Notes under the pieces: generated by a model
Told to the model about the DNA's origin: nothing
Seen by the model: only the letters and a program-made list of their open reading frames with translations
Database searches by the model: none
Program-made: the position numbers and the translations under genes
Virus record (IMG/VR): IMGVR_UViG_3300030616_000001
Location: 1 to 64,000 of that record
DNA from: a virus
Direction: 5' to 3' (one strand)
Length of the DNA: 64,000 bases
Part shown: positions 10,560 to 20,748 of the stretch, piece by piece
Layout: each line of letters begins with the position of its first letter
Position numbering within the stretch: position 1 is the first letter of the stretch

Positions 10560-12089
10560 CTAGATCGCCGTCGCGGTTTCGCCGTTGATCACGGTCAGAG
10601 CACCCATTCCAGGGAACTCCCAGTTGTAGATCGGCACGTCGTCCGTGACCCCGTTGAGTTGGAGCGTGTGCTCGAGCTTGCGCACGCCCTCGGTGTCGCG
10701 GATCACGTTGAAGATGTCCGACCACGGGATCGCGCCGGCCGGTGCGCCGGTGCTGTCCTTGTAGTAGTAGCCGAAGTCCACGTTGGGGTTCGGCTCGCCG
10801 CTGGCCAGCATCGGTTCGTAGTAGTCCTCCAGGTTGGCCTGGATCGCGGCCTTGACCGCGCTCGCCACGTACCCCTCCCGCAGCCAGATCGTGCAGTAGT
10901 GGTCGATCGCCTTGTACACCGGCGGCAGCACCTCCAACTGGAACGTGAGGGTGTGCGGGTAGCCGTCAGGAGGCGGCAGTGTGAGGATGTCCTCGACCTG
11001 CTGGAGCAGCAACGAGCTCGGCGTGCCACCCGTGGTGGGCACCACGAACAGCTTGCCCCGGTTCTCCCCGATCACCGAGTCCTCGTTGCTGGTGAGCATC
11101 AGGGCGCGGCCCACGCCGGCGACTCGTTTCGCGTTGATCTCGAAGTCCTCGCGGGCGACGGTGCGGTTCAGGACCCTGGTGGACTCGGGCGCGTTGACCC
11201 GCGCCGCATCCACTTCCTCCCGTGGTGTCCCACCCGTGGCCGCCGCGGCGTTGGTGGCCTCCAGGTAGGCGACGGTGCCGAGGCTGTCCGTGAACGTGCC
11301 CTTGACCTTGACCAGGGCGTTGGCCTCGACGTTGCCGTAGATCCCGCCGCCGGTCTTGTACGTGGTGGTGATGTTGCCCACCGGGATCGCGCCGTTCTTG
11401 CCGTCGCCGAAGATCACCGTTGCCCGGTCGTTCTGGTCGATCTGAACCCGGTAGTGCAGGTCGGTCGGCCCGGAGTTGTAGAACGAGTCCACGCGAGTGA
11501 ACGCGCCCTGGGTCGGCGTGGAGATCGCTTCCGACTCCCACAGGAACGGGCCGAACGGCAGGAGGATTTCCTGGTCGGCGCGGCCGTTCGAGGCCACGAT
11601 GTATGGGGTCTGCGTGGTGCTGTGCTGCCACGGGAACGTCTTGGACGTCTCGCCCAGGCCGAGGTCGAACGACACCGCGCCCTGGATCTCGCCCTTGATC
11701 GGGTCGGTGACCTCCTGGGTCTGCACCACGACCGGTGTCGCCGCAGGGGTCACCACCCCGGTGAGCGCGGTCGCGTTGGTGATCGTCAATGTGACGTCGG
11801 TGGACGCGGCGACTGCCGGCGAAAGCTCGTAGCCGAGGAGCTTGCACAGGGCGATCATGTTGCGGCGCAGCTGGACGAACGCGATCCTGCCCTCCCGCGC
11901 CTGCTGGTCCTGGTAGAAGGTGAGGACGTCCAGGATCCAGCTGAACGACTCGACCAGGATGTTGCCGAAGTTGGCCACGGCCTCGTCGCTCCAGTCCGGG
12001 AACACGGACCTGATCAGGTTGAACGTGCGGTCACGGATCGCCGCGAAGTCCTTGTCCGTGTAGTCGTAGCTCGGGGGCAGCAGGGTCAT
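10560..12089 (-). CDS. Baseplate J / gp47 / T4 gp6-like wedge protein
   Basis: DYTDKDFAAIR N-terminus, VIFGDGKNGAIP and RTVAREDFE motifs. Confidence 0.9.
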   Translation of the reverse strand: MTLLPPSYDYTDKDFAAIRDRTFNLIRSVFPDWSDEAVANFGNILVESFSWILDVLTFYQDQQAREGRIAFVQLRRNMIALCKLLGYELSPAVAASTDVTLTITNATALTGVVTPAATPVVVQTQEVTDPIKGEIQGAVSFDLGLGETSKTFPWQHSTTQTPYIVASNGRADQEILLPFGPFLWESEAISTPTQGAFTRVDSFYNSGPTDLHYRVQIDQNDRATVIFGDGKNGAIPVGNITTTYKTGGGIYGNVEANALVKVKGTFTDSLGTVAYLEATNAAAATGGTPREEVDAARVNAPESTRVLNRTVAREDFEINAKRVAGVGRALMLTSNEDSVIGENRGKLFVVPTTGGTPSSLLLQQVEDILTLPPPDGYPHTLTFQLEVLPPVYKAIDHYCTIWLREGYVASAVKAAIQANLEDYYEPMLASGEPNPNVDFGYYYKDSTGAPAGAIPWSDIFNVIRDTEGVRKLEHTLQLNGVTDDVPIYNWEFPGMGALTVINGETATAI

Positions 12090-12090
12090 G

Positions 12091-12507
12091 TCACGCCTCC
12101 TGTTCCACGTAGATCGGCAGCGTCTCGAGTTCGCCGACCTGCGCCGATTTCGGCGCGAAAGTCAGGTTGATCTGCAGGGTGCGGTCCTGGTCCCGCTTGA
12201 CCGTGACCGGTCCGACCCGCACGCGCCGTTCGTAGACTCGGATCGGCGTGGCCGTGTACTGCTCGGCCAAGGCCCTGGTCATCTCCAGGTGGAGGCGCCG
12301 GTGACGCAGCGAACGGATGCGGCTCCCACGGTCCGGGTCCCACGGCAACTCGCCTGGTTCGGTCGGGGTGGAGCCGATGATCCCGACCAACTCCTCGATG
12401 TCCGACCGCAGCAAACGGATCCCGGTGTCGTTGGCGAAGTCGCCCTTGCCGTCCCGCTGAAACGGGCACACGATTCCGCGGCCGAACTGTTCACGAAACT
12501 GCGTCAT
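12091..12507 (-). CDS. GPW/gp25-like baseplate wedge (sheath initiator)
   Basis: GELPWDPDRGSRIRSLRH and YERRVRV motifs, canonical position before baseplate J. Confidence 0.85.
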   Translation of the reverse strand: MTQFREQFGRGIVCPFQRDGKGDFANDTGIRLLRSDIEELVGIIGSTPTEPGELPWDPDRGSRIRSLRHRRLHLEMTRALAEQYTATPIRVYERRVRVGPVTVKRDQDRTLQINLTFAPKSAQVGELETLPIYVEQEA

Positions 12508-12517
12508 TTAGTCCACC

Positions 12518-13294
12518 TTAGCACCTCATGTCTCCTAGCGCGAGAGTCAACACGAGGTCCGGGTCGGGGATCGCGTCGGCGATCATCTCCAACACGTCCG
12601 CCAGGCCCGTCAACAGGTCCACGATCACATCGAATCCCTCGGCCAGGTTGTCGCTGATCAGGGTGCCGAAGCACGGGATCTCCTCGCCGCCGAACAGGCC
12701 GATCAGGATGTTGATCAGCAGGATGATGCGGCCGATCCCCTTCAGCGCCTCAGCCGTGGACATGACCGAACCCTCGACCGTGTCCTGGGCGCAGACCAGG
12801 AACCCGTTGAGCTTGACGTCGTTGAGATCGGCGGCCCGGTCGATCATGTCCGCGATCCGCTGGAGTTGGCTCTGGAGGTACAGGAAGTCGGCGGCGATGG
12901 CGCGTAGGAGCGCGGCCAGGTTCTTGATGGCCGCGATGATCATCTTCGGGATGGACAGCTGCGGGATCAGCTTGAGGATCTGGTCGATCAACTCCGCCAG
13001 CGCGGGGATGCAGTTCAGCAGTTCCGACGGGTCCAGTTCGGTGATCACCTTGGGGATCGCCTGGACGCACCTGAAGATCGCCAGAACCGTGTCGAGCAGG
13101 TTGAAGAACGGCTGGAGCGGCGCCATCGCCGGCCCGATCTGGGAGAAGAAGTCCAGGGAGATGTCCGCCAGGTGCGGGATCTGATCGATCGCGTCCCAGA
13201 TGTAGCTGAGGCAGAAGCCGCCTGGGAAGCAGATGTCCTCGAGATCGGGGATCTCGGGAAGGTCGAAGCACAGGTCCGCGGGTGGAAATGCCAT
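12518..13294 (-). CDS. Hypothetical all-helical amphipathic protein between spike and gp25
   Basis: 258 aa, Leu/Ile/Pro/Cys-rich helices, no recognisable motif. Confidence 0.6.
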   Translation of the reverse strand: MAFPPADLCFDLPEIPDLEDICFPGGFCLSYIWDAIDQIPHLADISLDFFSQIGPAMAPLQPFFNLLDTVLAIFRCVQAIPKVITELDPSELLNCIPALAELIDQILKLIPQLSIPKMIIAAIKNLAALLRAIAADFLYLQSQLQRIADMIDRAADLNDVKLNGFLVCAQDTVEGSVMSTAEALKGIGRIILLINILIGLFGGEEIPCFGTLISDNLAEGFDVIVDLLTGLADVLEMIADAIPDPDLVLTLALGDMRC

Positions 13295-13401
13295 CGTTCA
13301 CACCGAGGGGTCCAGGCCGTCCCTGGCTCCCCGTTCTCCCTTCCATGTGACCACGAGGTCACGTTGACCAGAACGTCCACTGAGGGGCGCCCTGGGGGTT
13401 C

Positions 13402-14010
13402 TCACCGTATCGGCCGCGACGCGGGCATGACCTTGCGCCGTCGGACCTGAATGTCACCGTCGCTGTCCAGGTCGGTGAGGCCGCCGCTGGTGACCTGCAC
13501 CGCCGCGTCGCCCCTGACCTGGATCGAGTTCTCGCCCAGGCGCACCCAGGCCGTGTCAGTCTCCGAACCGTCGCCCAGCTTGGCCACCTGCTTGATCACC
13601 AGACTGGGCGTGAGCTCCGCCGCCTCGTCCTCGCGCAGATCGATCACCAGACGGAACGGGCCGAACCCGGCCACGATCACGTCCGGGTCCTCGTGCTCGG
13701 GGAACACCTCCGGCTCCCCGTCGCGCACCCCGTAGTCGGCAGGCTCGTACACGGGCCGCTCGATGTCCCCGTTGATGAACTGGATCAGGACGTCGGCCTC
13801 GAGAGGCGGGACGGCCACGATGCCCCACAGCGGCGATCCGCCGCCCCTGGGCACGGCCCACGCCGACCTCCCGTCGATCATGCCCGGGATCTCCACCCTG
13901 ACGCGCCCACGATGGTCTGGATCGGCGCGGTCCACGACGCGCCCCATGTACAGGCCCTCGTACCTGGGTCCGCGGAATTCGTCGCCTTCGAAGCCGGTGT
14001 TGCCGCTCAT
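13402..14010 (-). CDS. Baseplate spike protein (gpV/gp5 OB-fold)
   Basis: GRVVDRADPDHRGRVRVEIPG...WA...VPPLEADVLIQFINGDIERPVY is the gp5/VgrG OB-fold pattern. Start set at ATG 14010. Confidence 0.88.
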   Translation of the reverse strand: MSGNTGFEGDEFRGPRYEGLYMGRVVDRADPDHRGRVRVEIPGMIDGRSAWAVPRGGGSPLWGIVAVPPLEADVLIQFINGDIERPVYEPADYGVRDGEPEVFPEHEDPDVIVAGFGPFRLVIDLREDEAAELTPSLVIKQVAKLGDGSETDTAWVRLGENSIQVRGDAAVQVTSGGLTDLDSDGDIQVRRRKVMPASRPIR

Positions 14011-14017
14011 ATCACAC

Positions 14018-15412
14018 CTACATCGCGCTGTCCGGCTCGGCGCTCTGGCCGCCAAGCTGGTACAGGGTGTCCAGGGTCTTGTCGTTCATGCTCAGGATCT
14101 GCTCCGGCGTCAGCTGGGAAAGCAGCCCCTGTGTCGTGTCGCCCTCCTCGGTGAACGTGAACGCCGGCACCACGTTGCCTGCCGGGTCCGTGGTGAGGGT
14201 CACGGTCTTCTTCAACGACGGGGTCTGCTCCACCGCCGTGGACTCGTCCATGTCCGTGGCGTTGGGGTTCTTCTTCTCCTTGGATCCGCGCCGGGCAGAT
14301 TTGGCTACCTTGAGGCGGTTCACCGCGTTCTTGCGGCACTTCAACCCGATGGTCCACTTGCCGCCCTCGATCATGTGCTCGGCCTCGGCGATGTACCACA
14401 GCCCGTCCAGCATCTCGCTGATCCCGGCGAAGCCGACCAGGAGCTTGGCGCCGACACGCGGGTCGCCGATGATCGGCACGCTCATTTTGTACCGCTTGCT
14501 TGCCGTCTCGTAGTACCTGGCGTTTGCCTCCCGCTGGGCCTCGTCCGCTGTCATGACGCCGCCGCACCGCACGTCCATCCTGGTCATCCGGTCGGCCCGG
14601 CGCCCCTGGTCGGAGTCGTCCGGGTTGCCCATCTCGGTTTCCTCGCCCAGGCTGTCCAGTTCCGTGTCGTCCGGGCCGCCGAAAACCTCGCCGTATTCCT
14701 TGGTGACTGGATCCCTGTAGGTGACGCGCACCTTGGAGATCCCCTTGGTCATGTTGATCTCAATCTGTGGTTCGCCAAGGATGTCCCCGCGCCCCTCGTC
14801 CTGGCGGTAGATGAACCACCGCACCGGCTCCTTCTTGAGGTCCCGCGTGTGCCAGTGGAGGCCTGTCGCGTCCTCGTAGAACACGAACCCGTTGCGGCGG
14901 GCCAGCTTGTTGAGCATCCGCGCATCGGTGATGTGGTTCTGTGTGATGTCCACGCGCTCCGACGTCTCCTCAACCCACTGGTACGTGCCGCTGTAGCCGT
15001 ACTCCTCGGCCACCATGCGGACGAACTCGCTGTGCGTCATCCCCTCCTCGAACCGCGACTTGCGCTCCTTGTCCAGCAGGGACAGGCGGCAGTGGGCCTT
15101 GACCGTGACCCGCTGCCCACCCTTGACCTTCTGGACGATGAACCGGCGCGGCGGCACCATCTCCCCGGGCCACCCCCACGTCACGAGCAGCTTCTGGCCG
15201 CGGGCGAACACCGGCGACTCCACCATCGCGTAGTCGTTGTTGCGAAAGGTCAGCTCGAGCACGTCCTTGCCGCGGTCCCGGTCCAGGACCTTGAACGAGA
15301 GGAGGCGCGTCTGGATGAACTCCACCATCTGGAGGTAGTCGCCATAATAGGTGTCGTCGCCCTGATCGAAGTCGATGGGCTGGATGATCACCTGTGCGCC
15401 TCCGAACGGCAT
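14018..15412 (-). CDS. Baseplate hub / late control D (gpD, Mu gp44)-like protein
   Basis: Q...TDARMLNKLARRNGFVFY and IIGDPRV...GLWYIAEAEH hub motifs. Confidence 0.85.
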   Translation of the reverse strand: MPFGGAQVIIQPIDFDQGDDTYYGDYLQMVEFIQTRLLSFKVLDRDRGKDVLELTFRNNDYAMVESPVFARGQKLLVTWGWPGEMVPPRRFIVQKVKGGQRVTVKAHCRLSLLDKERKSRFEEGMTHSEFVRMVAEEYGYSGTYQWVEETSERVDITQNHITDARMLNKLARRNGFVFYEDATGLHWHTRDLKKEPVRWFIYRQDEGRGDILGEPQIEINMTKGISKVRVTYRDPVTKEYGEVFGGPDDTELDSLGEETEMGNPDDSDQGRRADRMTRMDVRCGGVMTADEAQREANARYYETASKRYKMSVPIIGDPRVGAKLLVGFAGISEMLDGLWYIAEAEHMIEGGKWTIGLKCRKNAVNRLKVAKSARRGSKEKKNPNATDMDESTAVEQTPSLKKTVTLTTDPAGNVVPAFTFTEEGDTTQGLLSQLTPEQILSMNDKTLDTLYQLGGQSAEPDSAM

Positions 15413-15420
15413 CGGTCCTC

Positions 15421-15771
15421 CTAGTGGTGGTAGCGCCGCCGCTCGCGGCTGAACGCGTAGTTGCGCACGATCCGCTCAGCGGGGATCACCACCTGCTGGT
15501 TGCCGGTGATCGCGATCGTCGGGTCCACCACCGGCTCGGGCTGGAACTCGCACAGCAGGAACCACATCAGCGACGGGTTGCGGAACGACCGGAAGAACTT
15601 CCACGCCAGGCCCCACCACGTATCACCGGCGCGGGCCGTGTAGTACACGTTGTCCGCCTCGTCGCGGAACAGGAACGGCTCGCGCTCGTCCAGGAGCTTG
15701 ACACCTGACGTGCCGCCGATGTCTCCCCAGTCCATGACGGTGCAGTAGCGGTAGCGGCTGTTTTCCTGCAT
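15421..15771 (-). CDS. LysM-like baseplate protein (gpX/gp53-like)
   Basis: YTARAGDTWWGLAWKFF...VVDP...VVIP LysM-like pattern. Confidence 0.75.
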   Translation of the reverse strand: MQENSRYRYCTVMDWGDIGGTSGVKLLDEREPFLFRDEADNVYYTARAGDTWWGLAWKFFRSFRNPSLMWFLLCEFQPEPVVDPTIAITGNQQVVIPAERIVRNYAFSRERRRYHH

Positions 15772-15772
15772 C

Positions 15773-16408
15773 CTACTGCCCCCACGTGCGGAACATCCCG
15801 TTCATCAGGACGTCCTCCATTGTGACCCGGGCCATCGGCGCCTCGCTGAACTGGACGGACAGGCGCAGCGCGGTGATGTTGCCCTCGATGTCACAGTCCT
15901 CGATCACCTCGCCCATGCGCTTGAGCTTCGCCCGGATCGTGCAGATCCCGGGCAGGCACAGGATCACCGGCGCCTGCTGGTTGCCGATCACGCCAGGGGC
16001 GTTGTAGCCCGGATAGAACAGCGACTGGAGCCAGCGCCGGTGCTGCTCGATCTCCGCGCTCATCTGGTTGAGGAGGGACTTGCCGCCCTCCTTGAATCCT
16101 TCCGCCGTCGTCTCTTTGATTGCCATCAGCGCGTTGTAGTACAGGTCGAACGACACCGATGCGTTGGCGGTGTTCTGGTACACCTCGTACGAGTGGGACT
16201 GCCCCAGGACGGCCATGTCGTCGTCGTTGACGGAGTTGTCGATCTTCACCATCGCCGGGCGGAACGGGAACGTGATCAGATCGGGGTAGTCCGGGTTGCC
16301 CGTCTCCTCCAGGAGCAGGTTCTTGCAGTACCCACGCGCCGCCGTGTCTGGCCGCTGCCCGGCCATCGCGCCGAGGTTGGGAGTGGGGTCTGTGCTTGGC
16401 GCTGGCAT
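15773..16408 (-). CDS. Tail tube initiator (CIS tube-like) protein
   Basis: Located between tape measure and LysM gene. FPFRPAMV...YQNTANASVSFDLYY...LSVQFSE tube-initiator-like fold. Confidence 0.65.
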   Translation of the reverse strand: MPAPSTDPTPNLGAMAGQRPDTAARGYCKNLLLEETGNPDYPDLITFPFRPAMVKIDNSVNDDDMAVLGQSHSYEVYQNTANASVSFDLYYNALMAIKETTAEGFKEGGKSLLNQMSAEIEQHRRWLQSLFYPGYNAPGVIGNQQAPVILCLPGICTIRAKLKRMGEVIEDCDIEGNITALRLSVQFSEAPMARVTMEDVLMNGMFRTWGQ

Positions 16409-16417
16409 CGCGTTCTC

Positions 16418-19096
16418 CTAGAAGCCCGGGGCCACGGCGACCTCCTCGAGGGAGTCCTCACCGGTCATTGACGGCTGGCGGCCGACGATCTGGGCCAGCT
16501 TCTCACCGTCCAGCGAAACGTTGATCGGGGTGCCCGCCATCTTCTCCAGGCGCTTGTTGATCCCCGCGAGCTCGTTCATGAACTGGGCTTGCATCTCCTT
16601 GGACGCCGCAGAGAACGGGATGTTGCCCTCGGCGCCGGTTCCCTTGGTCATCGCCGCCCACTGTTCCGGTGTGGCGCCGACCCACTCCTCGATCTGGCGC
16701 TTGCGTTTGGTCAGACTGTTCAACTCCTTGGCCTGGCGCTCTCGTCGCGCATACTCAGCGTCCCTGTCCTCGTTCTGCTGCATCTTGTCGGCCATCTGCA
16801 TCTGCAGGTCGGCCAGGTCGCCGGCGGCTCCGGTGGTCCACGAGAACGCCTTGGACGGGTCCAGGATCCGCTGGTAGTAGTCCTGAACCTTCTTCTCGTC
16901 CTGCTTTGAGCCGAACAGCTTCGCCCACACCGAGTCGATCCCGTAGCCCAGGCCGTTGGCCAGGAACGTCAGCGCCTCCAGGATGGCGGAGATCACCATC
17001 TTGACGAAGTAGTACAGGGTGCCGATGCCGGTCTTGACCCCTTGGAGCACGGTGCCAATCGTGTTGAACGCGTCGACGATGCCCATGATCGCGTCGCGGA
17101 TGTCGTCCGCCTCGATGTCCTTGACGAACTCGTAGAACGACTTGCCGAAGCTGATCAGCTTGCCGGCGATGTCCGCCGCTGTTTCGCCGAGCCTGGCCAG
17201 GTAACGTCCCGCCTCCGCGCCGCGCTCCGCCCATTGCTCCAGAACCTTGGGGCTGTTCTCCGCGTCCGACCCGGTGAAGATGCGGATGATCCCCTCCAGC
17301 TTGTCGCGGAACGCCGCGAACGCGGACGACTTGGACAGCATCTCCACGCCCTGGTTGAACCCAGCGACGAGGCCCTTCCAGAACACCTTGACGCGATCGA
17401 CCCACCGCGAAAACGATTTGAGGAACTTGACGATCCCCTTGTTCTCGGCCTTGTCCAGGTTCTTCTGGAGGTCGTCGCTGAACTCCTCCCCGCTGAGGAT
17501 CGACATCATGCCCGACGCGGCGAGCCGCACCTTCTCCATGATCGTCTTGATGTCCATCCCGTCCTTGCCGAACAGGTTCATCGCCTTGGCCAGTGAGGTG
17601 AACCCCACGCCGAGGCCGGACAGGACCACCAGCAGCGGTGCGCCGATCAGAAGCAGCTTGCCGATGCTGAACACGAACCCCAGCAGAGATCCGCCGAGCA
17701 TGTTGGTGATGCCGGACAGGATCAGGAGGCCGCCGCCGGCAGCCGCCAACACGCCGAGGGCGACCGCGAACTTGAGGATCATCTGCTTCGCCTGTGGCGA
17801 CATAGATTTGATGAACAGGGTGACCGACGAGATCAGCTCGTACAGGGCCGCCGCAGCGGGCTTCATCGCCTTGGCGAAGTCCTCCCCGATCACAACCATC
17901 AGCGTCTGCCAGGCGCCGCTGACCAGCTGCTTCTGCCCCTCGTACGTCTCGAGGAGGGCGTCCTTGAACTGGCCCGCCACCCCGGTGGACGTCTTCAACA
18001 CCTTGGACAGATCCTCGATGCCAAGCGCGGCCTGGAGGGAGGCGAGGTGGTTCTTCTCCAACTCGATCCCATTGGCCGACAACTCCCACCGCATCGCGTT
18101 GATCGCGTTGATCCCAGTGAGGGTTTTCTTCGTGCCGTCCACCATGACCGCGTAGGTCGCGTTGGCGACGGAGTTGTACGCGGCCATGCCGCGCACACCG
18201 AACGCGATCGTGGTAAGGCGCATCCGTTCCCTGTCGGTGAGGTCCGCGGTCTTCTCGACCAGCTGGGTCATGACGCCCAGCATGTCCTTGATCTTGCCGT
18301 CCTTGTCCTTGAAGATTTTTACGCCCTTGGCCTCCACGGCCTGTTGCGCCCGCTGATCCGCGGCGAGTCGGCGCCACGCTTCGCGCAGGGACGTGGACGC
18401 GACAGTGGCCTCGATGTTCATGTTGCGCATCAGGCCCATCTGGATCATCGCGTCGTCCAGGCTCTGCCCGTACAGCTTGGCAGTGGACGCGACGCGCCCC
18501 ATCGACACCGAGAAATCACGCGCCTGGAAGTTGGTCATCTGCGTGATCTTGAGCAGCTTGTCCGTGACCTCGCCTGCTTGGCCGATCTCGTACCCCATCG
18601 CCTTGACCGTGCCGACAACGGCGTCCGCGGCGCCGGCGACACCGAGTTGGCCCAGTGAACCGGTGGCCAGGTTGAGGACAGGCAGGATCGACTCGATGGA
18701 CTCGCCGGCTTTGAGGCCCATCGCGGACAGGGTTTGCAACCCCTCGATGGTTTCGTCCGGTGAGAACTTAGTTCCCAGGGCAGCCTCGATCGCCTTGTCG
18801 TGCAACTGCTCGAGTTCCGACGCTGTGGCGCGGCTGACCTGGCCCACCGCGGCGAGACTCTGTTGGAACTTGCCCGCGGCGTCGGCGGTGGTCTTGGACA
18901 GCTTGACCAGGCCCAGGCCCGCCTGGAGCGCGGCGTACCCCATCGCCGTATTGGCCATGGAGTTGTTCATCCCCATCGACGCCTTCTTGACGGTGGACCG
19001 GAGGCGGCCGAAGTTGCGCCCGACACGGCGCAGCACGTGGGAGGCCTTGTCCCAGGCTTGGAGGACGAACCCGGCACCCATTTGGTTCAGAGCCAC
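16418..19096 (-). CDS. Tail tape measure protein (TP901 core type)
   Basis: 892 aa, helical. TKFSPDE..EGL..L..MG, PVLNLA and hydrophobic central segments. Confidence 0.92.
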   Translation of the reverse strand: MALNQMGAGFVLQAWDKASHVLRRVGRNFGRLRSTVKKASMGMNNSMANTAMGYAALQAGLGLVKLSKTTADAAGKFQQSLAAVGQVSRATASELEQLHDKAIEAALGTKFSPDETIEGLQTLSAMGLKAGESIESILPVLNLATGSLGQLGVAGAADAVVGTVKAMGYEIGQAGEVTDKLLKITQMTNFQARDFSVSMGRVASTAKLYGQSLDDAMIQMGLMRNMNIEATVASTSLREAWRRLAADQRAQQAVEAKGVKIFKDKDGKIKDMLGVMTQLVEKTADLTDRERMRLTTIAFGVRGMAAYNSVANATYAVMVDGTKKTLTGINAINAMRWELSANGIELEKNHLASLQAALGIEDLSKVLKTSTGVAGQFKDALLETYEGQKQLVSGAWQTLMVVIGEDFAKAMKPAAAALYELISSVTLFIKSMSPQAKQMILKFAVALGVLAAAGGGLLILSGITNMLGGSLLGFVFSIGKLLLIGAPLLVVLSGLGVGFTSLAKAMNLFGKDGMDIKTIMEKVRLAASGMMSILSGEEFSDDLQKNLDKAENKGIVKFLKSFSRWVDRVKVFWKGLVAGFNQGVEMLSKSSAFAAFRDKLEGIIRIFTGSDAENSPKVLEQWAERGAEAGRYLARLGETAADIAGKLISFGKSFYEFVKDIEADDIRDAIMGIVDAFNTIGTVLQGVKTGIGTLYYFVKMVISAILEALTFLANGLGYGIDSVWAKLFGSKQDEKKVQDYYQRILDPSKAFSWTTGAAGDLADLQMQMADKMQQNEDRDAEYARRERQAKELNSLTKRKRQIEEWVGATPEQWAAMTKGTGAEGNIPFSAASKEMQAQFMNELAGINKRLEKMAGTPINVSLDGEKLAQIVGRQPSMTGEDSLEEVAVAPGF

Positions 19097-19287
19097 GTTC
19101 CCTCACCCTTTCCGCCAAAGGCGTTGCGCGCCTCGCTCTCGCGCTCGTCCAGAACCCGCTTGAGCAGGTCCACGGCTTCGTCCATCTCCAGGTCCAGCGT
19201 CTCCATGTATCCGATCCGAAGGCCGGCGCCGAACAGTGGAAGCCAGGAGAGGTGAAACCGCAGGGTGCGGATCTCGTCTTCTGTCAA
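19087..19287 (-). CDS. Second tail-assembly-chaperone ORF (gpT-like)
   Basis: LTEDEIRTLRFHLSW...LDLEMDEAVDLLKRV, in the -1 frame relative to the upstream chaperone. Made either from a TTG start overlapping the upstream TGA or by frameshift. Confidence 0.6.
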   Translation of the reverse strand: MTEDEIRTLRFHLSWLPLFGAGLRIGYMETLDLEMDEAVDLLKRVLDERESEARNAFGGKGEGTWL

Positions 19288-20159
19288 CCCTCCGATGGGC
19301 GCTCGGATCCCTCCGAAGCCTCCTCTCTCATCGCGGCCCGCTCTCGCCGCGCCACGCGCTGCTTGTCGGCGCGGGCCGGGGTGAAGATGCGGTCGAAAGG
19401 GAGGTCGATTGTGAAGAACTCGCGGCAGGCCGACCGCGTGCACTCCACCTCCACTTCCGTGTCAACGCCGCAGTCGACGCGCTCGAACATCGCCTTGATG
19501 TCGTCCACGTCGTCGCTGCACAGGCCCTCGAACTTGGTGGACTCGCGGCCGTTGCGGTCCAAACCGTCCAGCCACATGAGGATGTCCTTGCCGTCCACCC
19601 CCTCCACCGACTTGATCCTGGTGCGGAACAGGCACGCCATCTCGCGCTCGGGGTATCGCTTCTCCCACTTCTCCTGGGCCGCGGCGTCCTTGACAAAGCT
19701 CAGGTTGAACTCCACCTTGCGCCCGTCCACCTCCATCGTCAGCGGCCGGCCCTCGTGCAACGCCTCCGCGCTTTCCTCGGGCAGGGTCTTGACGAACAGG
19801 TCGTTGTCCAGATCCACCTTCCAGCCGAACCGGTTGTTGCAGGCGCGGCTCGGGCACTTGACCTGGATCTCGTACTTGGCGCCCTCGCGGTAGCTCAACT
19901 TGCGGAGCTCGATCATCGCGCCGAACCAGTCGCCGCTCAGCATCTCGTTCCAGTCCACCTTGCCGCCTTCCTCGCCCCACGGGTAGGGGCCGGGATCGAC
20001 GAACCCCACGGTGCAGCGCGACACAACATCGACGAGGGTTTGCTCCTGGGCGGCACGCCGCGACCGGGCCTGGCTGGCGATGAAGTTCTCCTCGCGCAGC
20101 GTGAGCTTCCGCATCTCGATCACGGCACCTGACGGTAGATTGACGTTCGTGGTCTTCAT
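19284..20159 (-). CDS. Tail assembly chaperone / baseplate hub assembly-like protein
   Basis: Between tube and tape measure. VNLPSG...MRKLTLREE, two CxxxxC Zn pairs, GVDTEVEVEC...IDLPF. Confidence 0.75.
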   Translation of the reverse strand: MKTTNVNLPSGAVIEMRKLTLREENFIASQARSRRAAQEQTLVDVVSRCTVGFVDPGPYPWGEEGGKVDWNEMLSGDWFGAMIELRKLSYREGAKYEIQVKCPSRACNNRFGWKVDLDNDLFVKTLPEESAEALHEGRPLTMEVDGRKVEFNLSFVKDAAAQEKWEKRYPEREMACLFRTRIKSVEGVDGKDILMWLDGLDRNGRESTKFEGLCSDDVDDIKAMFERVDCGVDTEVEVECTRSACREFFTIDLPFDRIFTPARADKQRVARRERAAMREEASEGSERPSEG

Positions 20160-20279
20160 GACCCCTCCTTTGCCTGTTTCTGTTTCCTATCCCCGAAGGG
20201 ACCGGCCGACGGGGACCGCGCATTCACGGTCCCGCGCCGGCGTTGCCTATTCCCTACCAGCCGCGGCGCGGCTCACCGA

Positions 20280-20735
20280 TCAGCTCGGCACCTTCTCCGG
20301 GTAGTCGTAGCGGATCACCACCGACTCCATCAGGGCCTCGCTCGCGTTGTTGTCCCAGTCTCCCGAGGACCACCGCTTGCAGTAGGCCTTGTACAGTCGG
20401 TAGCGGCGCAACTCCTCGCCCTCCTCGTCCAGCTGGATCACGTCCACGGTGCGGTACAGGTCCGGGGGCGCTTGCCCCGTGCCCGCCGCCGCGTCGTAGC
20501 ACTCCTTGAACCAGTTGTAGAGGTCGAAGTCCTCCGTGCTGCCGCGTGTCAGCGTGACGTCGGGGAAGTCCACCAGCCCCGGCGCCTTGTGAGGGTGTCG
20601 CCGCCCGCCCTCGCGGTGGTTCACGTCCTCGAACTCTCCCGCGATCTCGGAGCAGGTGGTGAACCCGGCCCAGCCCACGCCATCGATCTCCACGATGAAC
20701 GCGAACTTCTTGTCGTAGTAAACCGGCTCTCCCAT
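20280..20735 (-). CDS. Tail tube protein (T4 gp19-like)
   Basis: FIVEIDG...GFTTCS...HREGG...PGLVDFPDVTLTRG...LYNWF. Confidence 0.92.
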   Translation of the reverse strand: MGEPVYYDKKFAFIVEIDGVGWAGFTTCSEIAGEFEDVNHREGGRRHPHKAPGLVDFPDVTLTRGSTEDFDLYNWFKECYDAAAGTGQAPPDLYRTVDVIQLDEEGEELRRYRLYKAYCKRWSSGDWDNNASEALMESVVIRYDYPEKVPS

Positions 20736-20748
20736 CGTTCAGCCCTCC

